DNA of 64,000 nucleotides, from NCBI GenBank assembly GCA_002633005.1, contig NMRA01000125.1:35241-99240 (forward strand), in the 5' to 3' direction. The notes under the pieces are model-generated. The model was not told where the DNA came from, did not search any database, and worked only from the letters and a program-made list of their open reading frames with translations. Shown here piece after piece: positions 36,420 through 50,442 of the stretch (position 1 is its first letter; each line of letters starts with the position of its first letter). A program made the position numbers and the translations under genes. This DNA is from Phoronis australis (taxonomy: Eukaryota > Animalia > Phoronida).

Positions 36420-37368
36420 TACAATGAAAGCGCTCGCAGGAGCGATACTTGGCGAAATTAAGTGAAAAGACCTCAGTGAAGATGATTATGATCGTGTGGA
36501 GATGATGAATATGACAATAACATTCATATGACGAGCGAAGATGTCACAAATGAGTAAGAAATAGGCTATAGTCTTATTTAATATAAAGTAAACCAACAAA
36601 AGTGCAGCAAAATCAGTCAACAAAGGAGCAGCGATCAGAAAATCTCGAATAATTTGAAAAGTAGGCGTTCTAGCGAAAACATCTCATGAAAACCTGTTCA
36701 AAACTCTATCTTACAGTGATGTTTTCCAAAATTCCACAAAATTTTCGAAACATTTAAAATTTTGCAATTTTTGAAATTCAAAGTCAAATAAGTAAAAAAT
36801 GGTAGGTCTGAGAAAAAAATGTTATAGTTCATTTGAAAGAATATGCCTCAGAAAAACCACATGCAATAATTTACGTCATTTGCTCTTCTCGTTCAAAATG
36901 GCACCACAGCACGATTGAAAATTGATGAAAATGCGCCAGATCCACCATTTTGAATACAACTTCCGGTTCACCTGCACTTGATAACAGCTACTTAAAAGAA
37001 ACTAACACATGAAAAATATCGAAGCAATTGATCCTACAATGCGCCCTCTACAGGACAAAACGTTTCGTCCCTAAAACGAGGTGCACGTGCGTAATGGCAG
37101 ATATTTCTGCCATCTTTGATCGAAAGTCAATGATTTTCGGCACACGTGTAGCACGCGTCTGGCACAATAATGGGAAACAAAATGGCCGCCACGTTCGTGA
37201 TCTTGAATTCGATCATAACGAAGAACAATTGATTCCCAGCTCTTTCGGAACTACAGGTTGTGTGTAAATTTCGTGCGGATCGGACGAAAAATGCGACCTG
37301 TAGACTGCGAACAAACAAAAAAAGTGTCAGAGCACTATACTTGGCGAAAATATTTCGCCGAAGTTTTA
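36420..37368 (-). mobile_element. HINE-like element, second family, apparently full length
   Basis: On the minus strand: 5' hairpin GGCGAAA..TTTCGCC with subterminal TTTCGCCAAGTAT; the same motif recurs at the 3' end followed by stem-loop CGCTC-CTGC-GAGCG and a T-rich end. Confidence 0.6.
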
Positions 37369-38794
37369 AGATCATAGTACTGCGCGTCACTTTGTCCTTG
37401 TTTATTGTCGACAGGCTCATTCGCTACAACATTTCTGCTTCCGTGCAACATTCGTGTACGTACATAGCTCGTGCAACGGATTTCAAGCGCAGACCGTATT
37501 TTGGAATAAATTGAGCTATTTGGGCGATCCCGTCAAACTTTGAGGCTTCGTGGACAATCACCGACGTGTTGGTATCCATCGCATCTCTCGTTCATTTCAT
37601 TCAACTAGGTTGTGAATGTTCGAGTTTGTACACTTTAAAAATCCGTAAACGACTTGCCCATTCTCTGATTGGTTCAGTTGGGCTGAAACTGGAATCACAT
37701 TTGTACTCAAGATTAGGTATGTGCTAGCTTGGACGTTTAGGGTCAACTAATGTTGACCTTAAGTCAAGCAGACGTTTATTAACTTTCAAACGTGAGAAAT
37801 GTTAGATGGAACCTCAATTTTTTCAATGTACAACAAATTTTTGTATTAATAGCTCCTTGAACGAACTAGGAATTCCACTTGATGGTAATTCCGGTTGTCC
37901 AAATTCACACACGACAGCTCAACCAAATAATGCGATCTCAGATTATGACATACAGTGTGCTTGATCTGGCACACCTAATATTGTGCATATAAATTTTTCG
38001 CATTTGCGAGGGCGTTTGACAGTACGTGAGGCCAAAGGTTCAGGGCGAGCAGCCTTCCACTTGGGTGACAAGCTATGCATACTTTACTGATTGTCGTTAC
38101 TGTGAAAACATAACGTCAAGAAAATGTTCAGCCGTTCGTTTGGAATTCAAGGTACGAATATTACGATTGGCGAAGAAGTGTGTTTCTCTGATACGAGTAA
38201 TGTTCAATTATCAGCCAATCAAAAGTGTCCTAAACGCTCATCATTCAAGCATTTCGCCAATGGATCATTCAAATATGGTGTGCAGCGAAGTCAATGGTGA
38301 ACGGCAACGATGGAGGTTCGAAATTTAATCTTCAATGCATACGTCTGCCTGGTTTTGAGCTCGTAAAAATGTAAAAGTGTTCCTAACGGCTTTGAATTCA
38401 GTTAGAAAAGACGAGGGTCAGATTTGACGGGAAATTGATTGCACACGCTTATATTATTTTATGTAGTTCTGTACACGATAACGTCACACGGAAATTGACT
38501 AACATTGTATCGAACGAGCTTGATTGTCGAACAATGCCATTGATGTCGTACAAGCTAATTTCACATTTAATGCAATCTGTGTTGTTGTTGTTGTCGTCGC
38601 TCCTATCATTCTGTGAAATGTGCACATTCAACCAATTTTCTACGTTTTAAGAGTTTGCTTTGAGGGACGGTCACATGCCATTTCCAAATAAAATACGAGT
38701 TGCGCAAGTTAGAAACTGCCCCTAAATTAGTGCAAAGCATCAACATTATTTCAAAATTATGTCATCTGATGTTGAAGTGACACATTCGAAGATA

Positions 38795-39045
38795 AATACA
38801 CAAAACGAACCGAGAGTGGGTTAGATGAAGTAATATCCCACGAGACATTATTCCGCATATCGAAAGAAACCGAAGGTCGAGGTCGATATGCGGAATAGTG
38901 TCGAGTGAGATTTTACTACATCTACGCCAATCGAGGTACGTTTTGTATTTATCCCACAGGCTTTGAATTCTTAAGTTTCTTTCATTTTTTCGGCAGATTT
39001 TTTTAAATATTTCACCCAGACTGTTCACGTGGTGTATCACATGTA
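38795..39045 (+). repeat. Dispersed repeat, second copy at about 44215-44440
   Basis: Shared AATACACAAAACG..GAAGTAATATCCCACGAGACATTATTCCGC..GAGGTACGTTTTGTATTTATCCCA..CGGCAGATTTTTT blocks. Confidence 0.75.
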
Positions 39046-39099
39046 CAATGTATATACTTGAGCCAAACCACTCTAAGGATGATTTTGAAAATTGGGACA

Positions 39100-39550
39100 T
39101 ATGTTTTTAGTGTGACGACGACGGTTGAGGATGATTTTCCGACTACTTCGACTACGGTGGAGCCTCCTAGTGGCAGTTTTTTTATGTGCACCCATAGCTG
39201 TATCTCCTAAACCTACTGCAGGATCTTTATTACATTTAGCAAGTTTATTTATATGAAGTTGACAACAGACGACGACGACTTTCAGACGGATCGGACGAAC
39301 GCTGTGCCCCCTTGTAGCAATTTCATTTTTTCCTTTTTCCACTATTTCTCTGAGGTTCCTTGGTGGATTTTTATGAAATTTGGTAAATGGCTTTCAATTA
39401 AACCAACGATGATGTGTTCCCGTTTCGGATGAATTCGACATATTTTACGCCATTTAGTGGCTATTTTATGATGCAAATAAACACCCCTAGAACCACATCA
39501 TTTGCGGTGCATTCGTGGGCGCATTTCAACGCTCCCTGTTGCTCTCGTTA
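39100..39550 (+). mobile_element. HINE-like repeat fragment (3' part)
   Basis: Shares GCCTCCTAGTGGC, GCTGTATCTCCTAAACC and TTTTATGAAATTT blocks with 31575-31990. Confidence 0.5.
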
Positions 39551-42059
39551 TTTCTGCACAAACATCTGCGAGGCAAATCACCCTCAACTTCTGCGGCCGT
39601 TGAACCACGTGACCTTCTGTTACCGCCTTACTCGTTCTCTTTGCCCGGCATGAAATTTAAGAGGTTTGGCATGATATCCAACAACAAAGTAGGTCTACTC
39701 TGGTAGTAGCCGCTCCAAATACCTTTATACCGGGTCACTTGTTCTAATTATCAGGTTATTGAGTTTTTGAAGCGGACTTGGCCATTTAGGAGAGTGGGTA
39801 TTCTATAATTATGCTGCCGACTGACCGAGACCATTTGAAATTTTTGAGATTCACCCTGATGAGTTCGCCCCGTTCAGGTTTGACTGGAAGTCTTTGTTTG
39901 AAGTCGGTGATTTATTACCAAATCATAAAAACAAGACAGTTTTTATAGCTCTGGTCAAAACTAATATGTTCATGAAGTCAACCCTTGCCAGAGACTGTCT
40001 TAATAAGGCAGCATCCTTGTGCTGTGTCGACTTCACAGTTAAGGTAACAACATAGGCGTACTAATATAAATATTGTCTTTTTGCAGACATCTATATAATT
40101 TTCACTATTGTTTGGTGGGTCTATTCTGAAACCATTTCCAGTGTTTGCATTTCACAAACTGACCTCTGCGTTCACATTAGTGTAATGAATTGCTCAGCCT
40201 GTCACGACACGCTGGTGTTTTGTCTTTCGATTTTTTGATGCAATCACGGGCGTTGAAGTAATGGATTAAATAGTTACCTTTGATCAACGCTTAATATCTC
40301 ACGTATCCATGATTACTAATGTCATTCTTTCCGCCTCGCTATCTCAAAGTGACGTAATATTGTTTTTCACCAACAACCATTGCTGCCATGACCTGGTGAT
40401 TAAGAAGCTCTCACGCACGAACCAGGTGTGAGTTCCATAGACGCAAGACGCTCGCGATGCATTTGCGGCGAGAAATCTCTTATAGATAGGAAATAGTTTT
40501 GTCTGGGGGTATGCTAGTATGAAGATCACGAGCACACTGGCGAAACACTCGCCTTTCACTCGCGTGATTTTGCTCCTTCGTAAGTTTTTTGCCGTCAATA
40601 GAACACACCCTGAAGCCCATTCAAGGCTACCCGATCATCACAGCTGTCGCACTCATTGTTCTTTTTTTCATAAACACGGCTCACAGAATCGATAAACTCA
40701 TTTCACGGACTAAAACACACAATAGTCCGACCTCCAAACACGGCTAACGACTAGATCACGACACACGAGCGAAGTCTCGGTCCTATCTGCGAGTGAACTA
40801 ACGGGCGACATTTTCCCTCCAACGGCCAACGCTACCCGACCACAAAACGTGGTGCCGGACTCATAAACACGCCTCACTGACTTCACGTGCGTGACCCATG
40901 TTGGGCTGACTGTGAACCGTGTTTGTGAGTACGGGGCAGCATTCAGTATACTCGAGGACCTCCCGAAAACGTAAGATTTCGGAAGGCTTCGAGAGATACA
41001 TTACAAACGAACGACGTTGGCCACAACAATTAATTTCCTCGCGAGAAGTTCTCGCGTCAACAGAACTCCGCCAGGATTCAAAGTTTACGCAAGTGTAAGC
41101 CTTGTTTTCTGAATCCGGCTCCGTATTTAGCGGTCGGGTGCTGTGTACTTAGCAGTTCCGTGAACTGGTTGAACCGGTCCGGGATCCGTGTTTATAAGTT
41201 AATAAAAGTACCACTGTGTTTACTGGTGCGACAGCCGTGTTATGGCTCGGGTAGCCTGCGTTGCGTAACGCAAGATACTCGCGAGCGGAAGTTGCAGTAA
41301 GATTGCGTTCTTCGCTATTGTAATACATGGTGACATCTTTCGAACTCTTGTATGATTGATCGCCCAAGTCCCAAGATCCTAGTCTCATGGAACGCAGTCA
41401 TGGAGCGTGCTCAACCAGGGAGTGAAAGATTGTGAGATCACGAAATATCCCGCGAATGCCTGCGTGATCTCGCAAAACTCGCAAAATACAGGCCCTTAAA
41501 CAGAAATGATGTTGCTATTCATTTCCAAAGAAAATTTCTTCTTCCATAGTATTGCTAATAGGAATGTACATTTGAAGTAAACTATCGATCATAAATTGTC
41601 CAGTTATTATTCCACTACGCAAAGAACCTTTGTCAAAATGAACACACAGCCAGGTAACCCGGATATTGGTTTGGCCTAGGATACATTTAAATTTTAAGAA
41701 AAAAGTTCAAAAGTGCAACTGTACACAAACAGATATTATTTAGCTACATGACAGTAGAATGTATTCTGTGTATTGGGAAGTGGTCCTTTGTGAAGATAAA
41801 CACAAGTTAACCTTTTTAGTCATTTTGTAATATTTATAATGTACCAAGCTAAAACTACTCTCCGAAGTTGCTGTCTGTAACTCTAAAAAAACAAATTGGG
41901 GGTACTAACAACAACCATTGTTGAGACAGTTAATGCTAGCTATTACCTTTCCACTTCATTAGCTCAGATCTACATCAATACAAAGGGCGGGCTGAATACG
42001 CATCCTAAAAGTTGTCTGGGACTAAGGGAATCTGAGCCGTGACCAGTGTAAGCGAGAAA

Positions 42060-43417
42060 TTCTCCACACGAATATTTGGAAGTGGGATGTTGAATGCTCT
42101 GGATGTGATTATAGCATTCAGTGCTGAGTCTACCAACATATGCCCCTTCCCTGCTCTATCCACACATTTTCAATTTAACATATGGATCACACTGTTTGGT
42201 GCATACACTGTCTCAAGAACATGAAACCTGTTGCCTTACATTACGTATCCAATAAATCCCAGAAAGCTCATCTCAGTATGAAATCCGCCAAGCCTGGCTA
42301 AGAACAAGTGACTGCAGACCACTGTCGTTTGGTTTGCTGGCACTAATTTCCTCTCAAATCAGTTACCTATGTTCATAAAAAGCATGTATATTACACCAAT
42401 TTTGAGTACTAAATGCTAAACATTTGATTATTAACTTTTTGTTATACAAGTTTATTTATTTTTCATCAAATTCAGGTGAAATGAGCTGCCAAGTTCTCCA
42501 CTCGTGTCAGAAGCAGACGAAATCTGCATTGGAACAACTGATAATATTTCCAATAGCAGAGCAAAGCCACTTCCTGCCAAATGTGATTCAGGGTTTGTGT
42601 ACTGAACAAGCCAATAATTCCATCAGAATTACATATTCTTCTAACAAATATTACTTTTGATGCCTCAAATGAATATATTTTACAGAAAAATAATTGAGTG
42701 TGTGAAATTCCTTATGAAAATTTAACTAAAGCCTTTTCTGAAAAACAACAAATTTTACGTTAAATAATCTAAAATGTGATTAAAATTCCACCTTTAGTAC
42801 CTAAATCTTAAAAACAAACTTTATAAAAAAATCAACTTATTAAGCCTGACTGTAGATTGTAAAATGTTTTTGTGTAAATGCTTCTCAGGTTACAAACAAA
42901 GTTTGCAGAATGCACATGCGGTAAATTGGAGTTATTTGTGAGTTGGCGGCCATTTTGTCAGCCGTCTTGATTTTTTTTCTCCAATCAGTGACCAACTGTG
43001 AGGTCCGGATATTTTCGATTGTCTAACTTACAAATGCATAGAAATTTTGCCACTTTCAGGGCAAAATATGAAAAGAAATTTTGCAACATGTACCAAACTG
43101 CCGTTTCGGCCGCCATTTTGTCGGCCATATTGATTTTATTTTACGAAAAATTGGCATCGTTTGATTGGTATGACTGTTATGAAGGTATATAACCAATGAC
43201 AAGCTTTATTGTGTTATTTCCAACCGCTGCATGAGCGTAACGTGCCAAAAAGCAGTTAACACCGGTTTTGGCGGAATTTTTTCGCCATCTTGAACAACCG
43301 ACTTCCGCCACTCCGATTTCGGTAGACTTTTTTCTTTCACCAAGGGATGTTTAAAGATGCTATTTATGCAAAAAAACTTCTCTTGCAAATTTTCCTAGGT
43401 TGGGCCCTGGACTACTA
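42060..43417 (-). mobile_element. Academ-like transposon remnant (transposase fragment plus one terminus)
   Basis: 42340-42060 translates LGGFHTEMSFLGFIGYVM*G...LETVYAPNSVIHMLN*KCVDRAGKGHMLVDSALNAII; repeated GCCATTTTG-type subterminal motifs 42940-43300; terminus TAGTAGTCCAGGGCCC at 43417. Confidence 0.65.
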
Positions 43418-44830
43418 TTAACTGTGTCGCGCATGTTATTTTCACTTGATGTTGGGTCAGTTTGAGCATCCGCATTGGGGCAAATGTGGCACTCGGGGGT
43501 AGTTTTTCGGTAAGTGAGCTGTGGAATTCGAGACATTCTGCTTAGATCTGATGCAGCCTCGTCTACAAGGGCCTTTAAAAAAAATTGGAAGTCCGCACAG
43601 TGAAAGTGCAGAATCAAGTGTCATACGCATCACGCTCAAATTGCTCGTCAAACATTAACCCGCACGCGTGGAAGCTGAGATCGCGTGAACACATTTTTCT
43701 CCATAGCTGCTCGGAAATCAAGCCTTTCGAAAGAACTTATTCATTCGAAGATTCGACTTTTTCCTAAATCTCCTGTTACTCCAACATTTGTATTTTTAAC
43801 CTACCGGTGAACTCGTAAACTGAAGCATTCACTGGACTTATTGGCTGGCGTTCGAGTCACTAGGTGACGTTATTAGGTAAAAAAACTAAGAATAATAAAA
43901 TGGCAGGCGATTTGATTCGTTGTTGTTAGAGGAAGGTAAAAAGAATAGAAATATAACGGGTAAGACCATTTGCGATTTTCTAAACGTGTCAAGGGAATTT
44001 GATTTGGCTAGTACTAACACACTGAACAAATATTTCCCCCCCCCCCCCATTCTTTTGGTTTATATCCATTTCACCAAGTGGTGAAAAACCCTCCGGTAGA
44101 ACTTCAACTCCGTTTATGAGCTGAGTATTGGACAATCATGCCTTGATCAAATTACTACCCATATTTTAACATACGTCACATAACCTATTTTTATCTTAGA
44201 CTAACCTTGCATGGTAATACACAAAACGTACCGAGATTGGCGTCCATGAAGTAATATCCCACGAGACATTATTCCGCGTATCAACCGAGACCGAATGTTG
44301 AGTGGGATATTATTTCATGTACACCACTCGAGGTACGTTTTGTATTTATCCCATACGCTTCGAATTCCTAAGTTTCTTTCATTTTTTCGGCAGATTTTTT
44401 AAATACCTCACTCAGACTGTTCACGTGTTGGATCTCATCCTATATGTATGTACTTGCGCGTTAGGTTGCAGGTTTTCTCTAGTAAAAGAAACAGTTTTAA
44501 ATATACCGATTTATTACTTGAAAAAAGATAACAAAGATGAAAACAACGCTAACTTTGCACTGAATTTCTAACACCTCCAGAAAATAGTTAAATAACAACA
44601 AAATTTGATATTGTAGTTACCGTGGAATCGGCGCATGAGTTGCAGACGATACAATATTTAGCAAATGAAAACTGAGACAAAACTGTCATATAATTAACAG
44701 TCCTGTTCCAGATGTTATGACTGGGACCTGATTGTATGTTGGGTGTTGTTTACACTGCTACACTTGTATTACTTAAACTATTTTCCGAAAGTTTGATGAT
44801 CTAACCGACTAACGTCGTCGAGTCGACATT

Positions 44831-45658
44831 GCCCTACCTTTTGAACTTACCATGTCAGAGGTCACTGTTGAAGTAGTGCGGGAGGTGAATACGGAAAACA
44901 TTATTACATGACTGTATTTCCCTCGACAGATTCAACGCGTATGAGATAAATGACAATATATTCATGCCGGTACACCTTAACATGTTAGGAAAATAATCCT
45001 GTGCGACATCGTTTACGAATACGTATTCGATATTTAATATCCTGTAACAGACCGTCTCTATTACACTGCTTATAAACTACTTACACCAATTTCTTATCTA
45101 CACAATAATATCAAAATAGCAAAAATGTTGTTTTCGTATTCTTTACAACTTTTTAAAATACTAAAGTAACGACACATATAAGTCTAGTCANTTTTGGCGC
45201 TTCCTGGTTGACTGTTGCTTGTTCATCACTTGGCGGCGCTAGTAGTAGCGGTAACAGCGAACTCACAAGTGAACTCTCCTATACTACTACACTCCTTGGC
45301 CCTACCTTTTGAACTTACCATGTCAGAGGTCACTGTTGAAGTAGTGCGGGAGGTGAATACGGAAAACATTATTACATGACTGTATTTCCCTCGACAGATT
45401 CAACGCGTATGAGATAAATGACAATATATTCATGCCGGTACACCTTAACATGTTAGGAAAATAATCCTGTGCGACATCGTTTACGAATACGTATTCGATA
45501 TTTAATATCCTGTAACAGACCGTCTCTATTACACTGCTTATAAACTACTTACACCAATTTCTTATCTACACAATAATATCAAAATAGCAAAAATGTTGTT
45601 TTCGTATTCTTTACAACTTTTTAAAATACTAAAGTAACGACACATATAAGTCTAGTCA
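44831..45658. repeat. Exact 360-bp direct duplication flanking an N (44831-45190 and 45299-45658)
   Basis: The two copies read as identical; the first ends immediately before the N at 45191, so this is probably an assembly overlap. Confidence 0.85.
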
Positions 45659-46752
45659 ATTTACATGACTTTCCAGAAAAGGAAGTCGGTACATAGTCGA
45701 CTGCGCGCTGGCCGAGTCCGGAACGAGGTTGCACAAAATAGAAATCACGGGACTGCGTTGACAGGAAAGATAGTCTGATGATTTGCTCTAACGGTAGGTC
45801 GGTTTGATGAGACCATGCAGCCTTTGTTGCAAACTATGGCTCAACAGAATAAAGTCCATAAATGTCACTAGAGAACTGTCATAGATTAAATTAGAATAGT
45901 TTTTTCGTGATATGAATTTCTGATCCTTTAAGTTGTTAACTCGTGCAACGTGTCTATTAACATGGCTTAAAATTATCAATCATGTACTAATTATAATTAG
46001 GTGGCTTCACTCGCTCTCATAACTCGAATACTTAACGCAAGACCACATATTCGCTGCATTTTGTCAGATGGATAATTGCTGCCAGTTTAATAAAATCAAT
46101 ATAGAAGATTTCTAGTGCGTTCCGTTTAGTTTTCAAGTAATTTGTTTGGTTACTTATATCAAACGTGTTATTTTTATTTTATGCATCGTGCTCAAGCTCA
46201 ACATTTCATGTGTAAACTATTAGACAATAGTACTCTCAATGTCGTCATCTGTGAATTTGGTTTCATCGACTGTTTACGAAGTAATCACATGTTTTGCTCA
46301 ACAAGTGTCGTTAGAACAAGTCGACTCCTTTGAATGGAGCCAGTGAAACCCTGGGGCGGATTCGCCCCTTAAACTGGTTGTGTCTAGCTTGCCGAAAAAT
46401 TCACTGGGAGGTTATAAACTGCTGAAGCGAAGCCAACGGTTGAGTAGTGTATAGGCTAAACATGTATCCTGGGCGAAGTGCACTGTTGAGTTCATTGCAG
46501 ACTTCAGAGCGAAAGTGCAGGAAACGAATTTTTTTAGGTTTACAAGGATACTCCTACGCCAGCACACTTATTCTTGCGCGCGACATACTCAACATAAGAA
46601 CAGGCAGTAAACACAAATGTTGACACTAGTATGTGATCCGCGGTAAAACGTAATTATAGTGTTGTTGTTCGAGAATCGAAAGCTTTCTGTGCTGCAATCT
46701 TTGTGGTATCCTGTTATGTTCCTGGTTTTAAGTATCATAAAGTATTGTATCA

Positions 46753-47789
46753 TACCGGCACGCCCACTTTCAGTGGGAAAGTTCGGGTAAATTCGGGCAA
46801 AACCTCCTAGCTCTACTTGCTTGCCTACTACTGAAGCTTTGTGTGTCGGCTAATAACATTAGACGAGTATTGGGATCTCCGCAAATCATTTGATAAAACA
46901 ACCAATGAGATTCTTTGTTACTAGTTCACTTCCAATGCCTTCGAATTTTAAGAATAATAAAAATGGTCAAAATCGGGAAAATTCGGACGCAGGTGGGGAA
47001 AGTCGGACGGAGTGTCGGGGAAATTCGGACCAGCAAATTCTGAATAGGTAAAACTCGGACAAAATATATAACAGTACTTTATGATTTCAAAAAATGAATT
47101 TAGGTATTATTTTGCAGTCTTATCATCAGCCGCATAATAGAATTTAAGAAGTCATCATGTCCTGGCCACATAAACAACGTAAAAGTACGTCCTTACCAAT
47201 TTGTGTGCAGGCCACGTGGAAAACAGCGCCATTGTTGTTGACAAATTAAGTTTTGGATTGACCTCTTAAAACAGGAGGTCATCACGTGATTACGAAAATC
47301 TCTCAAGAAAACGTCAAGAAAAGCGTCTAGTAGCCTAAAAACACGGGTGTCTGAATTTCCCCGCAGCATACAAAAAGTTGGAGGGGGAAATTCGGACACC
47401 GGTTTTTTTGATTAAATCATGTTTTTCTATTGGAAATAACGCATAAAACTGCATAGTGATGAATTATGCAGCAAGTAAATTCAAGTTTATTTACATGACA
47501 AGTGACCAAATGACCTAAATAAAACTTGGAAAAGACAGTGTACCTACCTCAGACTTTCGAAATCGCCACACGAAGCAGACGGCAGAACGACATAAGGTGT
47601 TGAACATGCCTCATATGTGTTGAAACTTTGTTGTAATTCAAGTGAGGTGATAAATAATTTCCTACTATTATTCAAAGAAGTGAATAATCTTTTCATTTAG
47701 TGGTAAGGCATCTTTATTGTTAATATATTTGACGTTTAATTTAGACTTGCCCGAATTTTACCGCCGTCCGAGTTTCCACGAACTAGTAC
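46753..47789. mobile_element. Non-autonomous DNA transposon with repeated AAATTCGG(A/G)C subterminal motifs
   Basis: GTAAATTCGGGCAA near the left end is inverted to TTGCCCGAATTTTAC near the right end; several internal AAATTCGGAC copies. Confidence 0.5.
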
Positions 47790-47861
47790 TCCAAGAATGT
47801 CTGGCAGTTTCTAGCACGGAAAATTGTCTGCTCACTCAACTTTCAATGAAGAGAAAAACTT

Positions 47862-48538
47862 TTTATGTTCGGAATATGTCCCGAAAATAATAGGTGCGTC
47901 GCAAGCTCCGTTTCCAGAGTTACACAGGAGACCGTGTATAGGCGATATAAGGTCATTTATTATGACTGATAAGGTAAAGAAATGTGTACAAATAACATAA
48001 ACATAGATTATTACATGGCGAAGTCGTTATCCCCCGTTATCTAGAGCCCGAGTGGATTTTGGAGAATTATCGCCCGAGGGTGGGAAAAAATGAAGAGAGA
48101 TTAGACTCGAACCTAAGTGCTGCTAAAGCGAAGTACTGATGACAGGAAATATAACGTTACTGAGAACAAAGGAGCCCTATGACAAGTGACAATCATCAGC
48201 CTATGGTAGCCAGGAGCTGACCAAACTCGTGGCAGTAACACAAACGAACCAATAGTGAGGCTGGAAATGGAATGTCCTAGTGCCTCGAGTGCAGGAGGAC
48301 CGCATGCGAATCTACACAAGGGGTTAATGGACCAGTCCGAAAGATGGGGGTATAAGTGGGACAAGTCCATATTCTCACAACGAGTGAAATATCATTTATG
48401 TTCGGAATATGTCTCGAAAATAATAGGTGCGTCGCAGTCTTCGTTTCCATAGATACAAAGGAGACCGTGTATAGGCGATATAAGGTCATTTATTATGACT
48501 GATAAGGTACATAAATATGAGTGCACAAATAACATAAA
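47862..48538 (+). repeat. Diverged direct repeat of about 140 bp (47862-48002 and 48396-48538)
   Basis: Shared TTTATGTTCGGAATATGTC..GGAGACCGTGTATAGGCGATATAAGGTCATTTATTATGACTGATAAGGTA. Confidence 0.75.
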
Positions 48539-50442
48539 GATAAAATAATAATCTCTGGAAAGATGGGCAATAAAAAGCGCCACGAGAGATGTTGAAGACA
48601 GCTCATTCCCATCCGCAGGGACGCACCAAAAGAAAAGGGAGGAAAAGGGAGGTATTGTGTAGATTCGCATACTTACAGAGGCTGGCAGCCGGATACCCAA
48701 CCCTAACTCCAGGGGCCAAGGCTGGAGGGGGAGGTACGTTTACCCAAGTGCTGCAACAGCTGCCAGGTGTGAACTCACCCTGGTGTCGTGGAGGTAACGA
48801 ATGGAACTAGAAGTAAGGCCAAAAATACAAAAGTAATACATGGAAGACTGAACAAAACAATGAGACAAAGTGGCAAATTGAAACACTTTCTCTCCCAGCC
48901 CTTTGTCGAGTCCAGAAACCGATGAACGTGGATTTAGAATGAGCCCATATTTCCTCGTTTTTCTCACGAACAATGCATTGCCATTGGACTGCAGGTATCA
49001 TTACGGTTTCTTATATTTCGTATTCATAAATACGTTTCAACACTGGCGTAGCTAGAAGTATTCAATAGGGAGGTCAAACGCGATCGGGGGGAACCAATGG
49101 GACCAAACCCAAAACTGGAGGGAGCTTCGACCGGGGAGGGCTTTTTCGCAATGAGCAAGGGGTGTGGCTCCATTTGTGACCTTCAGTATGGCATATGTTG
49201 TGCACTGCATGCATGTACCACCACAGATATTGTGATGTAAAAACATCTTTAGCTTTGCTCCTCCTGCCCCCCCCCCCCCCCCCCCCNTTCCTCTCTGTCA
49301 TTATGGTTTGCGCCGGACATTTATGTTTGGTAGCTTGAACCTCAAACTGTAAAATCCTGCTTTTCTCACCATCTGAAAGGTTATGTAAATCACTTCGATT
49401 GGCGCCAGCAGTGTCAACTTTTAGCTTTGAGTTACACTGCCAGCCAACCAGTTAGTCAACTCGGGTATGGGTCACCCGGAGTCAACATTGGAGGTTCGGG
49501 TGTAGTAGTAGCGTTTTGAATTTTCGATTTTGCCGGAAAATTCGCAGCTGCGATAACACGTTGGGCAATTGCCGTAGAGTAACAACCTCTCATCACAACA
49601 ACACTGAGTGTAAAAGGAATTTGCTCGCGAATTCATGTTAGAGATAAGAGCCGTCACAAGTGTTCTATGGTCACCCACTTTCCGCGCTCTCTTCTCTTAC
49701 CAGTTTCCTACCGGCTGTTAATTTTCGTATGCTCGGGAATAATCTATTTTCGATCGATAAGACGTCTTCCCTGCAAGAAAATTTGTTTAATTATCCAGAG
49801 TAAGCTAATTACCTTAAGACAAACGCGCGCACACACTGCGCAGCTTTCCTGGCGATGTAAAAATGACGTCAAACCCATATTTAGAATCTACCCCCGAGCA
49901 GGCTACGGATTTACGTCCCTTGGCTTCGTGTTGTACTCATGTATTCTATTTTTTAGCTTTAGCCTAATTTCGTGAACCATCTCAGAGGCCATCCGTAGAC
50001 TGATTTTAGCCAAAAGGCAACAGACTCTTCTGGTGGCGAGACCGGCGAGACAGATAACCGAGAACTGACACACAACAAGTTGTGGAAATCGACAACATTT
50101 CGTGAGTCCAGACAAAAAAGTTTGCAAACAACCGTTATCAATGCAGGATATCTTTTTAAATTTAGGAAGAAGTAATAAATATGACAATTACAGACGTTGC
50201 GCAATTTTCACTTGGGTGGATTGAACGAAAAACATCAAAATAATTCATCACAAGGACTTCCTATGATTGAGTGAAACTAAAATCTGGTTTTGAAAAACAA
50301 TCGTCACCCAAAAGCATTTGAACAAGTTAAAGCATAACTTATCATCGCAAATCAATTTTCAAAGGAGCAATGTTTCTCAGTGTCACGTTTACTCCCGTTT
50401 GTGGGTGGGCGCAGGTTGTTATAGACAGGTACTAATAGTTTT

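Noticed and set aside
39855-39880. CTGATGAG hammerhead core
   Set aside because: No downstream GAAA with a closing stem II.
44831-45658. Recent biological tandem duplication
   Set aside because: Identical copies with one ending exactly at an N point to an unmerged contig or haplotype overlap; long reads would decide.
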